Below are positions 1 through 15,300 of a stretch of 64,000 bases of DNA, in pieces (the first letter of the stretch is position 1; each line of letters starts with the position of its first letter). The DNA lies in the NCBI GenBank assembly GCA_964016885.1, contig OZ024760.1:868001-932000 (forward strand), written 5' to 3'. The notes under the pieces are model-generated. The model saw only the letters and a list, made by a program, of their open reading frames with translations. It searched no databases and was not told where the DNA came from. The stretch comes from Eledone cirrhosa (taxonomy: Eukaryota). The translations under genes and the position numbers were made by a program.

Positions 1-123
1 TTGTACCAGAGTTTTTAAGTCGCTGGCTGGACTAAAAAGTCACACTCGTTCAGCGCATCGGTAGGGGTTCTCCTACATGGATATAAAGTAGTGGCCGTAC
101 TCGAAAATGAGTTGGCAGCCACC

Positions 124-183
<60 letters not shown>

Positions 184-185
<2 letters not shown>

Positions 186-310
186 CGTTTCTGAATTTGT
201 TTAGCAAGATTATTTATCTGAAATCATGTGTTGAAACCGATATTGTTATACTTTGGGAGGGTCATATATAATTTAATGTAGGGAGGTATAGTTATAATTA
301 CAAGATTATA
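184..310. mobile_element. Fragment of a TA-inserted repeat family with end motif TATTGTTATACTTKGGGAGGGTCAT
   Basis: Motif recurs beside (TA)n at 36672-36695, 37036, 37530-37600 (reverse complement of about 195-265), 50170 and 52444. Confidence 0.6.
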
Positions 311-319
311 ATTACAAAA

Positions 320-2245
320 CATCATTAATATCACCAACAATAACATCAACAACTGCATTGCCACTATTACAAACATCACTATCGACATCACCACCAAGAC
401 TACCACAAACAACATCACCACCACCACCACAAACAACATCACCACCACCACTACCACAAACTACATCACCACCAACACTACTACCACAAATATCACCACC
501 ACCACCACCACAACCACCACCAGCAACAGCAACAAAAATGCTGTAACTGCGATAAGAAATTTGAAATACAGTAAAAGATTTTGACAAGAAATTCTTCAAG
601 TTGGGGTTTCGTGCGAGTTTTACAATTAGATTATATAGTAGGGTCTAGATAATGTGGTGGTGGTGGTGGTGGTGTATGGTGGTGGTGTGGTGGTGGTGGT
701 GTATGTTGGTGGTGGTGTATGGGGTGGTAGTGGTGTATGGTGGTGGCGGTGGTGGTGTATAGTGGTGGTGGTATATGATGGTGGTGGTGGTGTATAGTGG
801 TGGTGGTGGTGGTGGTGGTGGTGTATGGTGGTGGTGTGGTGGTGGTGGTGGTGGTGGTGGTGTATGGTGGTGGTGTGGTGGTGGTGGTCTATGGGGGTGG
901 TGGTGTATGGGGGTGGTAGTGGTGTATGGTGGTGGCGGTGGTGGTGTATAGTGGTGGTGGTATATGATGGTGGTGGTGGTGTATAGTGGTGGTGGTGGTG
1001 GTGGTGGTGGTGTATGGTGGTGGTGTGGTGGTGTATGTTGGTGGTGGTGTATGGGGTGGTAGTGGTGTATGGTGGTGGCGGTGGTGGTGTATAGTGGTGG
1101 TGGTATATGGTGGTGGTGGTGGTGGTGGTGGTGGTGGTGGTGGTGGTGGTGGTGTATGGTGGTGGTGTGGTGGTGGTGGTGTATGTTGGTGGTGGTGTAT
1201 GGTGGTGGCGGTGGTGGTGTATAGTGGTGGTGGTGTATGGTGGTGGTGGTGGTGTATAGTGGTGGTGGTGGTGGTGGTGTATGATGGTGGCGTATGGTGG
1301 TGGTGGTGGTGGTGGTGGTGGTGGTGGTGGTGTATAGTGGTGGTGGTGTATGGTGGTGGTGGTGGTGGTGGTGTGGCCTTGGGCGGTGTGTTGGGGGTGT
1401 GGGGTGTGGGTATGGGACCAACGTTTGATGATGGTGGTCTGGTGGTGATGGTGGGGTTGTGCTGGTTGTGGTGGTGGTGGTGGTAGTGTAGTCGTGGTGG
1501 TGGTTGTGGTGTAGCCTTGGGCGATGTGTTGGGGAGATAAGACCAACGTTTGATGATGTGTGGAGCGTCTTGAGGTGGTGGTGATGGTGGTGGTGCAGAT
1601 AAGTGTGGTGGTGTTGGTGGTGTAGTGGGTATAGGTGATGGTGGTGGTGGTGGTGGTGGTGGTGGTGGTCTGTGGTACAGCCTCGGGCGGTGTGTTGTGA
1701 GACCAGTTTTTGATGATGTGTGGGGCACCTTTATGTGGTGTTGGTGGTGTGTGGTAGTGTGTGTGAGGGCATCATTTGATGAGGTGTGGTGTGGCAGAAT
1801 TAGGTGGAATGGTGTAGTGGTGTGGTATGGAGGGCAGAGCTAGTCGGGGTGGTGTGGTGTGGTGGAGTGTGGAGTGGTCTGGCAGAATGAGGTGGCGTGG
1901 TGGTGTGGTGGTGTGGTGAAAGGGACAGAGTTAGTCGGATTGGTGTGTTGTGGTGTGTGGCAGAGTTATGTGGAGTGTGGAGTGGTGTGGTGTGGCAGAA
2001 TTGGGTGGCGTGGTGGTGTGTTGTGGAGTGTGGTAGAGTTATGTGGAGTGTGGAGCGGTGTGGTGTGGCAGAATTTGGTGGCGTGGTGGTGTGGTGGTGT
2101 AGTGGTGTGTGGTAGAGTTATGTGGAGTGTGGAGTGGTGTGGTGTGGCAGAATTTGGTGACGTGGTGGTGTGGTGGTGTGGTGGTGTGGTGCGGAGGACA
2201 GAGTTAGTTGGAGTGGTGTGGTGTGATGTAGTGTGGTATGGTATG
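320..2245. repeat. (CCA)n and (TGG)n simple repeats grading into a GTGGTGTGGCAGAATT-type degenerate minisatellite
   Basis: Direct reading; the ORFs here are poly-P/H/T/V artefacts. Confidence 0.9.
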
Positions 2246-2374
2246 ATGTTTAAGCTGTCGTCTGCTGTTTTCGCGTAGAATTTTCTCCGCCATTGCACAT
2301 TTCGTGTGTTGGTGTAAACATACAAAGAGACGGATTTGCAATGAGTGATATCAGACTCAATCTATGCATGTATG

Positions 2375-2505
<131 letters not shown>

Positions 2506-2598
2506 ATGTGTATATATATATGTATATGCGTATGTATGTATATGTGTATGTATATATATATGTATATGTGTATATATATATGTGTGTGTGTGTGTATG

Positions 2599-2629
<31 letters not shown>

Positions 2630-2823
2630 GTGTATGTATATATATATATGTATATGTGTAAGTATGTTTGTATTTATGTGTGCATTCATTTATGTACCCA
2701 TATGTGTGTTTGTGTATGGACATGTGCATATAACTGTATGTATGTATGTATGTATGTATGTATGTATTTATTTATCTATGTATAAATAAGGTGTGTCTCT
2801 TCTATTCGATAAGCTTCGTTTAA

Positions 2824-2953
<130 letters not shown>

Positions 2954-3083
2954 GAATGTCTGCATATGAGCGATAGGTGAGGGCTTTTCGCTGCGAATTT
3001 ACATGCAAATGTGCATTCGCGCTTGCATGTCTATATATATATCTATATATATTTATGTATATATATATATATGTATATATATA

Positions 3084-3131
<48 letters not shown>

Positions 3132-3195
3132 ATGTGTATGTGTATCGGTGCATGTTTTGTGTATATGCACATGTGTACATACATACATATATAGA

Positions 3196-3227
<32 letters not shown>

Positions 3228-3795
3228 AATGTGTGTGTCTGTGTGTGTGTGTGTGAGGAAACAACAGGCTCTTAAGTTGTCTTCCCCATCTTAGTTTTTA
3301 CTTATTTCCTGGCATCTAATGTAACAGACGTGTTTACGTCTTGAAACCTCTGGTAATGCAGGAATCAGTGAATCTCTTTACGTATTTCTACATTACTGGA
3401 GGTTTTAAGGTTGATTTATCCGTCGTTCCTGGTGGTAGTGGTGATGATGATGATAATAATGATGACGATTATGATGTGTATTTGCGAATATATGTATATA
3501 ACTATGTGCATGGATAAACGAAAATACGATTTCTATACTGAACTTCTCATTCCTGAATTCTACCAAGCTGGTATTTGCACAAATAATTCTAAGCTTTCTG
3601 AAGAAGTGTGATAAATAAGTATTGCATATGATTGAACAATATATATATTGTAGTCAGCATATGTAGACAATTATAATAGACACAGAAACATATGTTAAAG
3701 CAAATAAATTCCTAATTTTCTTTCTCGGAGAAGCTTATATTTTTCTCGGTGCAATACTTGCTTATATGATATAAACCCGTCTATATATATTTCGT

Positions 3796-3915
3796 GAAGG
3801 CGTGTGGCTGAGTGGTTAGAGAATTGGATTCGCAATCGTGAAGTTGTAAGTTCGATTCCTGTACCAGGCGATGTGTTATGTACTTGAGCAAGACACTTTA
3901 TTTCACGTTGCTCCT
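3796..3915 (+). mobile_element. tRNA-derived SINE with CORE-like domain
   Basis: A box TGGCTGAGTGG, B box GTTCGATTCC, then TGTACTTGAGCAAGACACTT resembling the CORE domain. Confidence 0.75.
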
Positions 3916-4021
3916 TCTACCTGGAGTTGCGACCGATATACAGTATTAGCAATTGGAAAGACCAATGGAAACATTGTTTCGGCGGTCCGATTTGACGAAA
4001 GTCGTTCGACTGTCAATATAC

Positions 4022-4054
<33 letters not shown>

Positions 4055-4159
4055 TTATTTGTATAGATTAAAGTTTAAGCAAAGAATTTCTGCCTTCACC
4101 CTAAATTCAGAAGATCCATCCCGATATATAATTTTTTAGATTCCAGAGTGCTGTCGTTA

Positions 4160-4294
4160 CTACCCCCTGGTTAGGGGGGAGGGGTAACGACAGTTAAAGA
4201 AGTACTCTACGTTGGTAGAGTATAGGCATATATACTATGTATAGAAATGACTTCTAGAACTGTTTCATTCGTATAAAATTACCAGCAATGTCCT

Positions 4295-4297
<3 letters not shown>
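4160..4297 (-). mobile_element. Decayed copy of the GAAACAGTTCTAGTC HHR-like family
   Basis: Minus strand CTGGTAA-TTTTATACGAAT-GAAAC-AGTTCTAG; homologous to 8170, 29540, 42810, 44270 and 44500. Confidence 0.55.
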
Positions 4298-4343
<46 letters not shown>

Positions 4344-4689
4344 TAAATGAAAGGTATAGAAAGTATTGTAGCAAAAAGCCAACAGTATTCCATAATATAT
4401 AAGTGACTATAGCGTCAAAATAGGAAAAATAGTTAACGTAAGATGTGGGAAAAATAATTCAAACTCAACTCAAAAACAATCAGGATATAGATTCATCCAA
4501 CAGAATTTAGTGAAATCCAGGGAAAAATCAATAGAGCCTTAACTCATGATAAAATAAAGTTTAAAATACTCATCCTTCAATTTGGGACAACTACAAATGC
4601 TCTGTATAATCTTGAAGACTATTTCACGAAAACTTTCAGTGGAGATGGTCACGGTTGGAATTCGATCCTATATATATATATATATATTT

Positions 4690-4886
4690 AACAAAGGAAT
4701 TGTGGTAACGAACCAAATGGACCATAACGCACCAGAGTACTCAATACTGAGGGTAGTAGAGTGGGAAATAGGAAAAATTATGACCTCGACGGCAGAGCAC
4801 AAGCCGTTTCGACTGCTATTTCTGGAGTCCAGAAATAGCCGTTGAAACGGCTTGAGCTCTGCCGTCGGGGTCATACTTTTTCCTAT
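4690..4886. mobile_element. Palindromic TA-inserted element (family A) carrying the 3' half of an HHR in each arm
   Basis: Inverted repeat 4768-4886; right arm GAAAC-GGC...GCC-GTC-GGGG; about 80-bp one-sided tail; copies at 9406, 38763 and 42566. Confidence 0.75.
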
Positions 4887-5182
4887 ATATATATATATAT
4901 ATATTGTTATATGCCCCAGCATGGCCTCAGCCGGATGGCTGGAACAGGTAAAAGTAAAAGAGAATATATATATAGATATATAGATATATGTATATATATA
5001 TATATATGTGTGTGTGTATGTATGTATGTATATGTATGCATGTGTTTGTATGTATGCATGTATGTGTTTGTGTGTATGTATGTGTGTATGTATATGTTTG
5101 TATGTATGTATGTATGTTTTTGTATGTGTGTTTGTATGTATGCATATATGTATGTATATATGTATGTATATATGTATGTATA

Positions 5183-5237
<55 letters not shown>

Positions 5238-5475
5238 TCCTGTATCCATATACGAGCCAAGGGTGTGGCAGTGAAAACCATGACCTCAAGTGGTACCAAA
5301 CATCACAACACAAATTTACTGAGACCAATAAACTTCATAATTAAACGATAAAAAGTCTCGAAATTTCTTTTGTCAGCCATCTTGGATTTATTTATTTCTC
5401 GATATTTTTTTCATTTCTCTATTTTAATTCGCACGCACATACATACATACATACATACATACATACATACATACA

Positions 5476-5509
<34 letters not shown>

Positions 5510-5958
5510 CATATATACATACATACATATATACATACATATAATACATACATACATACACACATACATATAATACATACATACATACACACATATATAT
5601 ATAAATATATACATATATATGTACATATATGCATACATACATATATACATACATACATTCATTTGCACATATATACATACACATATATATATATACATGC
5701 ATATATACATACATATATGCTTACATGCATACATAATACATACATGCATATATGCATACATACATTTATACACAGCACATACATACGTTCATAATACATA
5801 AATACGTTCATATATACATACATACATGTATACATTCCCCATATATATATATACACACATAGATATATGCATACATACATACATACATACATACATACAT
5901 ACATACATACATACATACATACATACACATATGTATACATCCTCCATATATATATATA

Positions 5959-6058
<100 letters not shown>

Positions 6059-6224
6059 CTTTATATCAATGAATTTGGGAGGGTTGGTAGAAATCTAAGT
6101 GTGGGGTGGAGGTATGTTTGGAGTAGTGGGGTATTTGGGAAGGGGGGTAGGGTATTTAAATAATTTATTTTACTGCGAACGTCACATGAAACGATACATA
6201 TGTGTTTCTCTGCCTTTAATACAG

Positions 6225-6225
<1 letters not shown>

Positions 6226-6317
<92 letters not shown>

Positions 6318-6332
6318 TAGTAGTAGTAGTAG

Positions 6333-6386
<54 letters not shown>

Positions 6387-6411
6387 ATAGTGGTAGTAGT
6401 AGTAGTAGTAG

Positions 6412-6459
<48 letters not shown>

Positions 6460-6555
6460 ACAGCAGCAGCAGCAGAAGCAGCAGCAGCACCAGTAGTAGT
6501 AGAAGTAGCAGTAGCAGCAGTAGTAGTAGTAGTAGTCGTAGTAGTAATAGTAGTT
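6226..6555. repeat. (TAG)n/(CAG)n microsatellite
   Basis: Direct reading. Confidence 0.95.
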
Positions 6556-6798
6556 TGCAATTCTGATCAAATGATGCTGGGGATGCAATACGTCTGAGAT
6601 GAGAACAGGACTGGATTGTCACGGACGCTCCACCAAGGGTCGACTACACTGAATATATATATATACTGGTCGGGGGACAGAATTGTATCGGATTCCACTT
6701 GGTAATCACTTTACATGTGTCGGTCGTCACAAACAGTCATAGCCGGCATGGGCTGGAGTTTGGATTCTGTCAATCGATTGGTTATTGATTAGGCGATA

Positions 6799-6909
6799 CC
6801 CGCTGATGAAGCCACATACGCCGATTATGCATTGTTGCATAATATATGCAGACAGAGGGTGCAGTGCACCCTACTGCTTCATTAAGTGTGGCCGAAACTC
6901 GAGTCCGGG
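6799..6909 (+). ncRNA. Type I hammerhead ribozyme with branched stem II insertion, inside TA-flanked element 6666-7058
   Basis: Stem I CCCG/CGGG, core CTGATGA 6803-6809, stem II GCCACA/TGTGGC, GAAAC-TCGA-GTC. Confidence 0.85.
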
Positions 6910-7055
6910 AACTATTATAGGCACCCGTTTACGTGTGTTGTATTGAAGCGAATAACTATGTGTATACTCTGGGAATGTATCCTACATTACCTATTGAGTA
7001 CGCTGAGATACAACCGGTCTTGGCATTGATACATATGCTGGGTCAGTCAACTCCT

Positions 7056-7095
<40 letters not shown>

Positions 7096-7097
<2 letters not shown>

Positions 7098-7518
7098 GAT
7101 AACAAATTATCGTTTTAGGTAATCCAGTTAGAGGTTGTGAGTACTCTGTACTATGGATAGTTTTAACGTACGGCGTTGTGTGACTCAACAAGAGGTTTCC
7201 TTAGTTAGGTAGCGAGTTTGCGAGAATTCCCATGCAGGTCATTCTTGGAGTAATGGTAGTGAAAGAGTGAAGAATAACATGGTCGGCTGTACAAAAAGGG
7301 CTTTATTTACAGTATTAACAATTGTTTCATTGATCAGGTGAGTCTAAAGGCCGCTGATCGCTCGAGTGTTCCGATATTTTGATCACACTGTATTTAAGGT
7401 CGAGTGACGCAACTTCCAGTGATTAGCGGCCTTTAGACTCACCTGATCAATGAAACAATTGTTAATACTGTAAATAAAACCCTTTTTGTACAGCCGACCA
7501 TGTTATTCTTCACTCTTT

Positions 7519-7520
<2 letters not shown>
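7096..7520. mobile_element. Palindromic TA-inserted element (family E) with decayed HHR
   Basis: About 100-bp inverted arms 7262-7365 and 7416-7518; GAAAC-AATT-GTT-AATACT; candidate stem I AGTGTT followed by decayed core CCGATA; stem II TTGATCA/TGATCAA. Confidence 0.7.
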
Positions 7521-7564
<44 letters not shown>

Positions 7565-7567
7565 ATA

Positions 7568-7616
<49 letters not shown>

Positions 7617-7619
7617 ATA

Positions 7620-7846
<227 letters not shown>

Positions 7847-7864
7847 ATAAAATATGTGTATATA

Positions 7865-8012
7865 CGTCCCCTCAATCTATCTTATTTCTCATTCTTTCTT
7901 TAGTGTCCGAAACGTTAAGAGACCCTCTTCCTGCTATATCAAGCTTTAACCTAATATACCCCTTCCATATACTGTACCGATTGTGTTGTTATTTCCGTTT
8001 ACCTTTTACATA
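7865..8012 (+). mobile_element. Family F element with minimal HHR whose core is deleted
   Basis: Reverse-complement homolog of 29891-30045; retains TCCGAAACGTTAAGA. Confidence 0.7.
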
Positions 8013-8033
8013 CATATATATAAATATAATATA

Positions 8034-8135
<102 letters not shown>

Positions 8136-8169
8136 TATATATATATATGCACATATAAATATATTATAT

Positions 8170-8225
8170 GCTTTCCTGATGATTTCCTTCGAATGAAACA
8201 GTTCTAGTCCTGTAGAAGCCATTTC
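8170..8225 (+). ncRNA. HHR-like motif, atypical
   Basis: CTGATGA 8176-8182, short TTC/GAA stem II, GAAAC-AGTTCTA-GTC; stem I weak. Confidence 0.5.
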
Positions 8226-8350
8226 TATATTACATACAGGAGACGCAGGACATGGCACCGATAATGAGGGACAGAGACGGCTGGAGAGAACTCGTCCATG
8301 GATCTCGGGAATTTTACCCGCCGTAGACATATATATATATATATATATAT

Positions 8351-9631
<1,281 letters not shown>

Positions 9632-9635
<4 letters not shown>

Positions 9636-9860
9636 AATGTAATCTGAGTTTTTCGAATATTGATTATGATATTCGATATGTTTGCAAACAAGCCTAATTT
9701 TTAAAGCCATGTCAGTAGAATGAGGCCCTCATTCTTGCTCTTTTTTACATGCCAACATAAGAGCAAAAATTAGGCTTGTTTGCATAATTGCAAACAAATC
9801 GAATATCACTATTAATATTCGAAAAACTCAGATTACATTTATTGTATTCAGCGTAATTTT
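9632..9860. mobile_element. TA-flanked inverted-repeat element, no HHR seen
   Basis: About 70-bp arms AATAAATGTAATCTGAGTTTTTCGAATAT and its reverse complement; short tail. Confidence 0.6.
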
Positions 9861-9867
9861 ATATATA

Positions 9868-10210
9868 TATTCTGGGGATTTGATCAAAGGTAAATAATCG
9901 TTTCTACTTTTTTGGCACAAGGCCAGCAATTACCCAGTACATTACTGGTACTTTATTTTATCGACCTCGTAAGGATGAAAAGCAAAGTCAACCTCGGCGG
10001 TATTTGAACTCAGATTGTAAAGGGACGTAACTATGCTGGAAAGCATGGCGTCCGACCCTCTACCGATCAAAGGTAAATAATGTAATGGAGATCGAGTAAC
10101 GCAACTTCGAGTGATTAGCGGCTTCTAGACTCACCTGATCAATGAAACATTTGTTAATACCTGAAATAAAGCCCCTTGTTGTACAGCCAATCATGCTACG
10201 CTTCCTTCTT

Positions 10211-10216
<6 letters not shown>
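9868..10216 (+). mobile_element. Family E element with decayed HHR, interrupted by a SINE
   Basis: TATT-CTGGGGA-TTTGATCA...TGATCAAT-GAAAC-ATTT-GTT-AATA; homologous to 7400-7518. Confidence 0.65.
9899..10064 (-). mobile_element. tRNA-derived SINE with Meta-like domain
   Basis: B box GAGTTCAAAT and (G)CTTTTCATCCTTACGAGGTCGATAAAATAAAGTACCAG on minus strand; TSD (GAT)CAAAGGTAAATAAT at 9882 and 10065. Confidence 0.85.
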
Positions 10217-10265
<49 letters not shown>

Positions 10266-10359
10266 ACATACACACACACATATATAATATATGTCTATAA
10301 ATATATATATATTTCACCTTAGCGGATCCTCAGCATATATATATATATATATATATATA

Positions 10360-10920
10360 CAATATGTTGAGAAGGTAACACACCAGAGAGAGATATATAT
10401 AGTACGTTATCAATAATACAGGGAAAAACCACCAGTGTATGGAATCTATAACCTATATAAATTAAAGCGTAAATAAATACCTCTATAATTATATAGTTAT
10501 AGAGGTATTTATTTACGCTTTAATTTATATTTTTAATTATCGTGTCTATAGTCTGTCTTTCATAGGTTATAGATTCCATACACTAGTGGTTTTTTCCCTG
10601 TATTATTGATTGGATTGGCAGTATCGGTAGAGGGTCGGACGCCATGCTTTCCAGCATAGTTACGTCCCTTTACGATCTGAGTTCAAATCCCGCCGAGGTT
10701 GACTTTGCCTTTCATCCTTACGGGGTCGATAAAATAAAGTACCAGGTAATTTCTGGCCTTGTGCCAATAGTAGAAACAATTATTGATAACGCACTATATA
10801 TATCTCTCTCTCTGGTGTGTTACCTTCTCAACATATTGTATTTTAAAGAGCTCAGGATCTCTTCTCCTTTGAGCACATTATTTACAGGGAATAGCGAGGG
10901 CCTATGCCTCCGTTAATTTA
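10360..10920. mobile_element. Palindromic TA-inserted element interrupted by a SINE
   Basis: Arms 10360-10455 versus 10562-10610 plus 10780-10838; inner hairpin 10455-10530; right-side tail. Confidence 0.7.
10611..10780 (+). mobile_element. tRNA-derived Meta-like SINE
   Basis: A box TGGCAGTATCGG, B box GTTCAAATCC, central domain; TSD ATTATTGAT. Confidence 0.85.
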
Positions 10921-11125
10921 TCATGGTATATATATATATATACTGAGAGAGAGAGGGGGGGGGGGGGAGATCTTGTTCATGTGTGTGTGAAGTACCAAAC
11001 TAAAAACATGAGGGGAGGGAGACTTCAGCGAAACTATGCAACTGTCTTCGTTATCTACGACGAGTGTTGCCTCTCTAAGACAACAACTACGCCGTTGGCT
11101 TACCACTAATGTATGTACACTCACA

Positions 11126-11231
<106 letters not shown>

Positions 11232-11333
11232 TACCTACATAAAGTATATATACTTATATATATATATGTATGTATATATATATATATATGTGTGTGTGTG
11301 TGCGTGTGTGTGTGCGTGTGTGTGTGTGTGTGC

Positions 11334-11419
<86 letters not shown>

Positions 11420-11691
11420 TCTTTATGTTTTTCTATTCTTTAAATTCCAACCAATGGGGGAGGAGGAAGATGAAACAAACATGGCGTCCTACCAAGAGAA
11501 AAAAATGCTCGCTCATTGAAATTTCAACAGTAATAACAGTGGCGTTAAACCACATGCTGAACTTTGGGAAAGTCTTGCATATTTTAACTGTTGGTGATGA
11601 TGATAATGATGATGACCATGAAGATAAAAGCCAATTTTGAAGAACAAAAGAAGCTTAACACAACTTCTTCTGTCTAATATATACACACAGT

Positions 11692-12170
11692 AATAATTGT
11701 TTCTACATTTGGCACAAGGCCATCAAATATCCCAGTGCATTACTGGTACTTTATATTTTCGACCCCGTAAAGATGAAAGGCAAAGCTAACCTCGACGGCA
11801 TTTGAACTCAGACCGTAAAGGGCCGTAACTCTATGCAGAAAAGCATGGCGTCTGACCCTCCCCCGATACTGCCAATTCACCACTCTACACACAGTAATAA
11901 TTGTTTCTACTTTTTGGCACAAGGTCAGCAATTATACCAGTACATTACTGGTACTTTATTTTACTGGTACTTTATTTTATCGATCCCGTAAGGATGAAAG
12001 GCAAAGTTAAACTGAAACCGTAAAGGGCCGTAACTCTATGCTGCTAAGCATGGCGTCAGACCCTCTACCAATACTGCCAATCCACCGCTTTAATAATTAT
12101 TTCTAATTTTGGCACAAGGACAGCAATTACCTAGTGTATAACTGCTACTTTATTTTATCGACCCCGTAAA
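11692..12170 (-). mobile_element. Three tandem Meta-like SINE copies (third truncated)
   Basis: Copies at 11692-11884, 11896-12090 and 12091-12170; duplicated flank TACACACAGTAATAAT. Confidence 0.85.
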
Positions 12171-12329
12171 TACTATTTAGAGAGAGCTAAAGTTACTCAT
12201 TAACTGCTTAATGAACACAACCACCAGGATATGGTCCGAACTCCCACTGTCATCGCCTCCATCTTTCTCGCCCTCCCCATCTCTCTGTATGGTGAGCAAA
12301 TGGGATCCCACGTGCTTGTGTGTGTGTTG

Positions 12330-15300
12330 TGGTGGTGGTGGTGGTAGTGATGGTATCGGTGGTGGTGGTGTAGGTGTGTGTGTGATGGTGATGATGGTAG
12401 TGATGGTATTGTTGATGGTGGTGGTGGTGGTGGTGGTGATAGTAATGGTATTGGTGATGGTGTTGATGGTATTGGCGATGGTATTGGTGATGGTAGTGAT
12501 GGTAGTGATGGTAGTGATGATGGTAGTGATGGTAGTGATGGTATTGGTGATGGTAGTGATGGTAGTGATGGTATTGGTGATGGTTGTGATGGTATTGGTG
12601 ATGGTAGTGATGGTAGTGATAGTATTGGCGATGGTAGTGATGGTAGTGATGGTATTGGTGATGGTAGTGATGGTATTGGTGATGGTATTGGTGATGGTAG
12701 TGATGGTAGTGATGGTATTGGCGATGGTATTGGTGATGGTAGTGATGGTATTGGTGATGGTAGTGATGGTATTGGTGATGGTATTGGTGATGGTTGTGAT
12801 GGTAGTGATGATGGTAGTGATGGTAGTGATAGTATTGGCGATGGTAGTGATGGTAGTGATGGTATTGGTGATGGTTGTGATGGTATTGGTGATGGTAGTG
12901 ATGGTAGTGATGGTATTGGCGATGGTAGTGATGGTAGTGATGGTATTGGTGATGGTAGTGATGGTATTGGTGATGGTATTGGTGATGGTAGTGATGGTAG
13001 TGATGGTATTGGTGATGGTAGTGATGGTATTGGTGATGGTAGTGATGGTAGTGGTGGTATTGGTGATGGTAGTGATGGTATTGGTGATGGTAGTGATGGT
13101 AGTGGTGGTATTGGTGATGGTAGTGATGGTAGTGATAGCATTGGCGATGGTAGTCATGGTAGTGATGGTATTGGTGATGGTAGTGATGGTATTGGTGATG
13201 GTAGTGATGGTAGTGATGGTATTGGTGATGGTAGTGATGGTATTGGTGATGGTAGTGATGGTAGTGATGGTATTGGTGATGGTAGTGATGGTAGTGATGG
13301 TATTGGTGATGGTAGTGATGGTAGTGGTGGTATTGGTGATGGTAGTGATGGTATTGGTGATGGTAGTGATGGTAGTGATGGTAGTGATGGTAGTGATGGT
13401 ATTGGTGATGGTAGTCATGGTAGTGATGGTATTGGTGATGATAGTGATGGTAGTGATGGTATTGGTGATGGTAGTGATGGTATTGGTGATGGTAGTGATG
13501 GTAGTGGTGGTATTGGTGATGGTAGTGATGGTAGTGATAGCATTGGCGATGGTAGTCATGGTAGTGATGGTATTGGTGATGGTAGTGATGGTATTGGTGA
13601 TGGTAGTGATGGTAGTGATGGTATTGGTGATGGTAGTGATGGTAGTGATGGTATTGGTGATGGTAGTGATGGTAGTGGTGGTATTGGTGATGGTAGTGAT
13701 GGTAGTGATAGCATTGGCGATGGTAGTCATGGTAGTGATGGTATTGGTGATGGTAGTGATGGTATTGGTGATGGTAGTGATGGTAGTGATGGTATTGGTG
13801 ATGGTAGTGATGGTATTGGTGATGGTAGTGATGGTAGTGATGGTATTGGTGATGGTAGTGATGGTAGTGATGGTATTGGTGATGGTAGTGATGGTAGTGG
13901 TGGTATTGGTGATGCTAGTGATGGTATTGGTGATGGTAGTGATGGTAGTGATGGTAGTGATGGTAGTGATGGTATTGGTGATGGTAGTCATGGTAGTGAT
14001 GGTATTGGTGATGGTAGTGATGGTAGTGATGGTATTGGTGATGGTAGTGATGGTAGTGATGGTATTGGCGATGGTAGTGATGGTAGTGATGGTATTGGCG
14101 ATGGTAGTGATGGTAGTGATGGTATTGGCGATGGTAGTGATGGTAGTGATGGTATTGGTGATGGTAGTCATGGTAGTGATGGTATTGGCGATGGTAGTGA
14201 TGGTAGTGATGGTATTGGTGATGGTAGTGATGGTATTGGTGATGGTAGTGATGGTAGTAATGGTATTGGTGATGGTAGTGATGGTAGTGATGGTATTGGC
14301 GATGGTAGTGATGGTAGTGATGGTAGTGATGGTATTGGTGATGGTAGTGATGGTATTGGTGATGGTAGTGATGGTATTGGTGATGGTAGTGATGGTAGTG
14401 ATGGTATTGGTGATGGTAGTGATGGTATTGGTGATGGTAGTGATGGTATTGGTGATGGTAGTGGTGGTATTGGTGATGGTAGTGATGGTAGTGATGGTAT
14501 TGGCGATGGTAGTGATGGTAGTAATGGTATTGGTGATGGTAGTGATGGTAGTGATGGTATTGGCGATGGTAGTGATGGTAGTGATGGTATTGGTGATGGT
14601 AGTGATGGTAGTGATGGTATTGGCGATGGTAGTGATGGTAGTGATGGTATTGGCGATGGTAGTGATGGTAGTAATGGTATTGGTGATGGTAGTGATGGTA
14701 GTGATGGTATTGGTGATGGTAGTGATGGTATTGGTGATGGTAGTGATGGTATTGGTGATGGTAGTGATGGTAGTGATGGTATTGGCGATGATAGTGATGG
14801 TATTGGCGATGGTAGTGATGGTATTGGTGATGGTAGTGATGGTTGTGATGGTTGTGATGGTATTGGTGATGGTAGTGATGGTAGTGATAGTATTGGCGAT
14901 GGTAGTGATGGTAGTGATGGTATTGGTGATGGTAGTGATGGTGTGATGGTAGTGATGGTGTGATGGTATTGGCGATGGTAGTGATGGTATTGGTGATGGT
15001 ATTGGTGATGGTAGTGATGGTAGTGATGGTATTGGCGATGGTAGTCATGGTAGTGATGGTATTGGTGATGGTAGTGATGGTATTGGTGATGGTAGTGATG
15101 GTAGTGATGGTATTGGTGATGGTAGTGATGGTAGTGATGGTATTGGTGATGGTAGTGATGGTAGTGGTGGTATTGGTGATGGTAGTGATGGTAGTGATAG
15201 CATTGGCGATGGTAGTCATGGTAGTGATGGTATTGGTGATGGTAGTGATGGTATTGGTGATGGTAGTGATGGTAGTGATGGTATTGGTGATGGTAGTGAT

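Noticed and set aside
210-250. HHR in CTGAAATCATGTGTTGAAAC
   Set aside because: Core lacks the NGA and the homolog near 37560 does not support it
626-1728. Long Pro/His/Thr extensin-like ORFs
   Set aside because: Open in several frames because (TGG)n lacks stop codons; no unique coding content
3796-3870. tRNA gene
   Set aside because: A and B boxes run into a SINE body with no acceptor stem
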